Assembly: GCF_000015805.1 (NCBI RefSeq)
Contig: NC_009073.1
Coordinates: 1,350,001-1,382,000, forward strand
Length of the DNA stretch: 32,000 nucleotides
Direction of reading: 5' to 3'
From: Pyrobaculum calidifontis JCM 11548
GTDB lineage: Archaea > Thermoproteota > Thermoprotei > Thermoproteales > Thermoproteaceae
This document shows, piece by piece, positions 31,613-32,000 of this stretch. Position numbers and translations under genes: made by a program. Positions within the stretch are counted from its first letter, which is position 1; each line of letters opens with the position of its first letter. Under the pieces are notes generated by a model. The model did no database searches. It had not been told where the DNA came from and saw only the letters and a program-made list of their open reading frames with translations.

Positions 31613-32000
31613 TCCCCAGGGGGAATGGGGAGGTGAGGAGGGCGGCCCCCCTCTCCTTCAACAAGTCTAACAACTCGCCTCTCGCCTCCTCGTCGAGGCC
31701 CGTGGTAGGCTCGTCGATTACGAGGTTGGGGGGGTCGGGGAGGAGGGCTCTCACCACGTCTACCCGCCTCCTCCACCCAAAGCTAAGCGCCTTGACAGGC
31801 TTGTCCAACACCTTGCAGACGCCCAGGGGACAGCCCACAAGCCTCCCGCCGGACAGCTTGGCAAAAAGCTTCAAGTTCTCTCGGACAGTGAGCTCTGGGT
31901 AGAGCATGGGCGTGTGGAATACCACGCCTAAGACGCTGGCGGGCACCCTGGGCCTTCTCCCGTCGACCAGCACCTCCCCCCGAGAGGGCTCCAACACCCC
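31563..32000 (-). CDS. ABC transporter ATP-binding protein, partial (N-terminus outside window), CcmA-like context
   Basis: Degenerate signature LSFGWRRRV, Walker B LVIDEPTTGLD, Q-loop region. The ORF runs off the window end. Confidence 0.65.
   Translation of the reverse strand, partial: GVLEPSRGEVLVDGRRPRVPASVLGVVFHTPMLYPELTVRENLKLFAKLSGGRLVGCPLGVCKVLDKPVKALSFGWRRRVDVVRALLPDPPNLVIDEPTTGLDEEARGELLDLLKERGAALLTSPFPLGIGHEVRIEDVQYAGGS

Noticed and set aside
1-32000. CRISPR arrays, tRNA/rRNA genes, transposases/IS elements, integrase or toxin-antitoxin/defence genes
   Set aside because: I scanned for regularly spaced direct repeats, T-arm-like GGTTCRAATCC motifs on both strands, and recombinase or nuclease motifs. 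None were found. The only repeats are the paralogous dsr patches and short promoter boxes. The PaREP1 gene is a repeated protein family, not a demonstrable mobile element.

Overview
High-GC archaeal sequence, most likely a Thermoproteales crenarchaeon of the Pyrobaculum/Thermoproteus type. This is an inference from a PaREP1-like gene, A/T-rich TATA boxes centred about 22-26 nt upstream of start codons (leaderless mRNAs), and many 4-nt ATGA gene junctions. The window is gene-dense, with about 42 protein genes. I found no rRNA, tRNA, CRISPR array or transposase. It is dominated by a sulfur-trafficking island. (1) Two diverged copies of a three-gene module, dsrA-dsrB-orfX (437-3316 and 7822-10654), encode siroheme sulfite-reductase-type proteins. 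Near-identical nucleotide patches are embedded in otherwise about 50% identical paralogs, which suggests gene conversion. (2) There are three DsrE-like and four TusA-like sulfur-carrier genes. (3) There is an SQR-type flavoprotein with a DUF1641 partner, and a second, Tat-signal-bearing SQR/FccB-like flavoprotein preceded by an ~8-TM membrane protein. (4) A YeeE/YedE transporter is co-operonic with two membrane-anchored YVTN-type beta-propeller proteins, and two more propeller proteins lie nearby. (5) The item I consider most novel is a 567-aa SelD-like (PurM superfamily) protein fused to a C-terminal acylphosphatase domain, bracketed by two translationally coupled TusA-like genes. Interleaved with these are tetrapyrrole/siroheme genes (hemA and two hemD-like genes), a core MerA-type reductase ending in CCAG, Rieske and pirin genes, and a ccmA/ccmB-like/thioredoxin-CcdA operon. 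Two paralogous wHTH regulators and two paralogous RHH-like proteins are also present. A recurrent promoter element, G(T/C/G)GGAATAA followed by 2-4 nt and then the TATA box, occurs nine times, almost always in front of sulfur genes, and may define a regulon. All functional calls come from by-eye motif recognition; no database search was possible.
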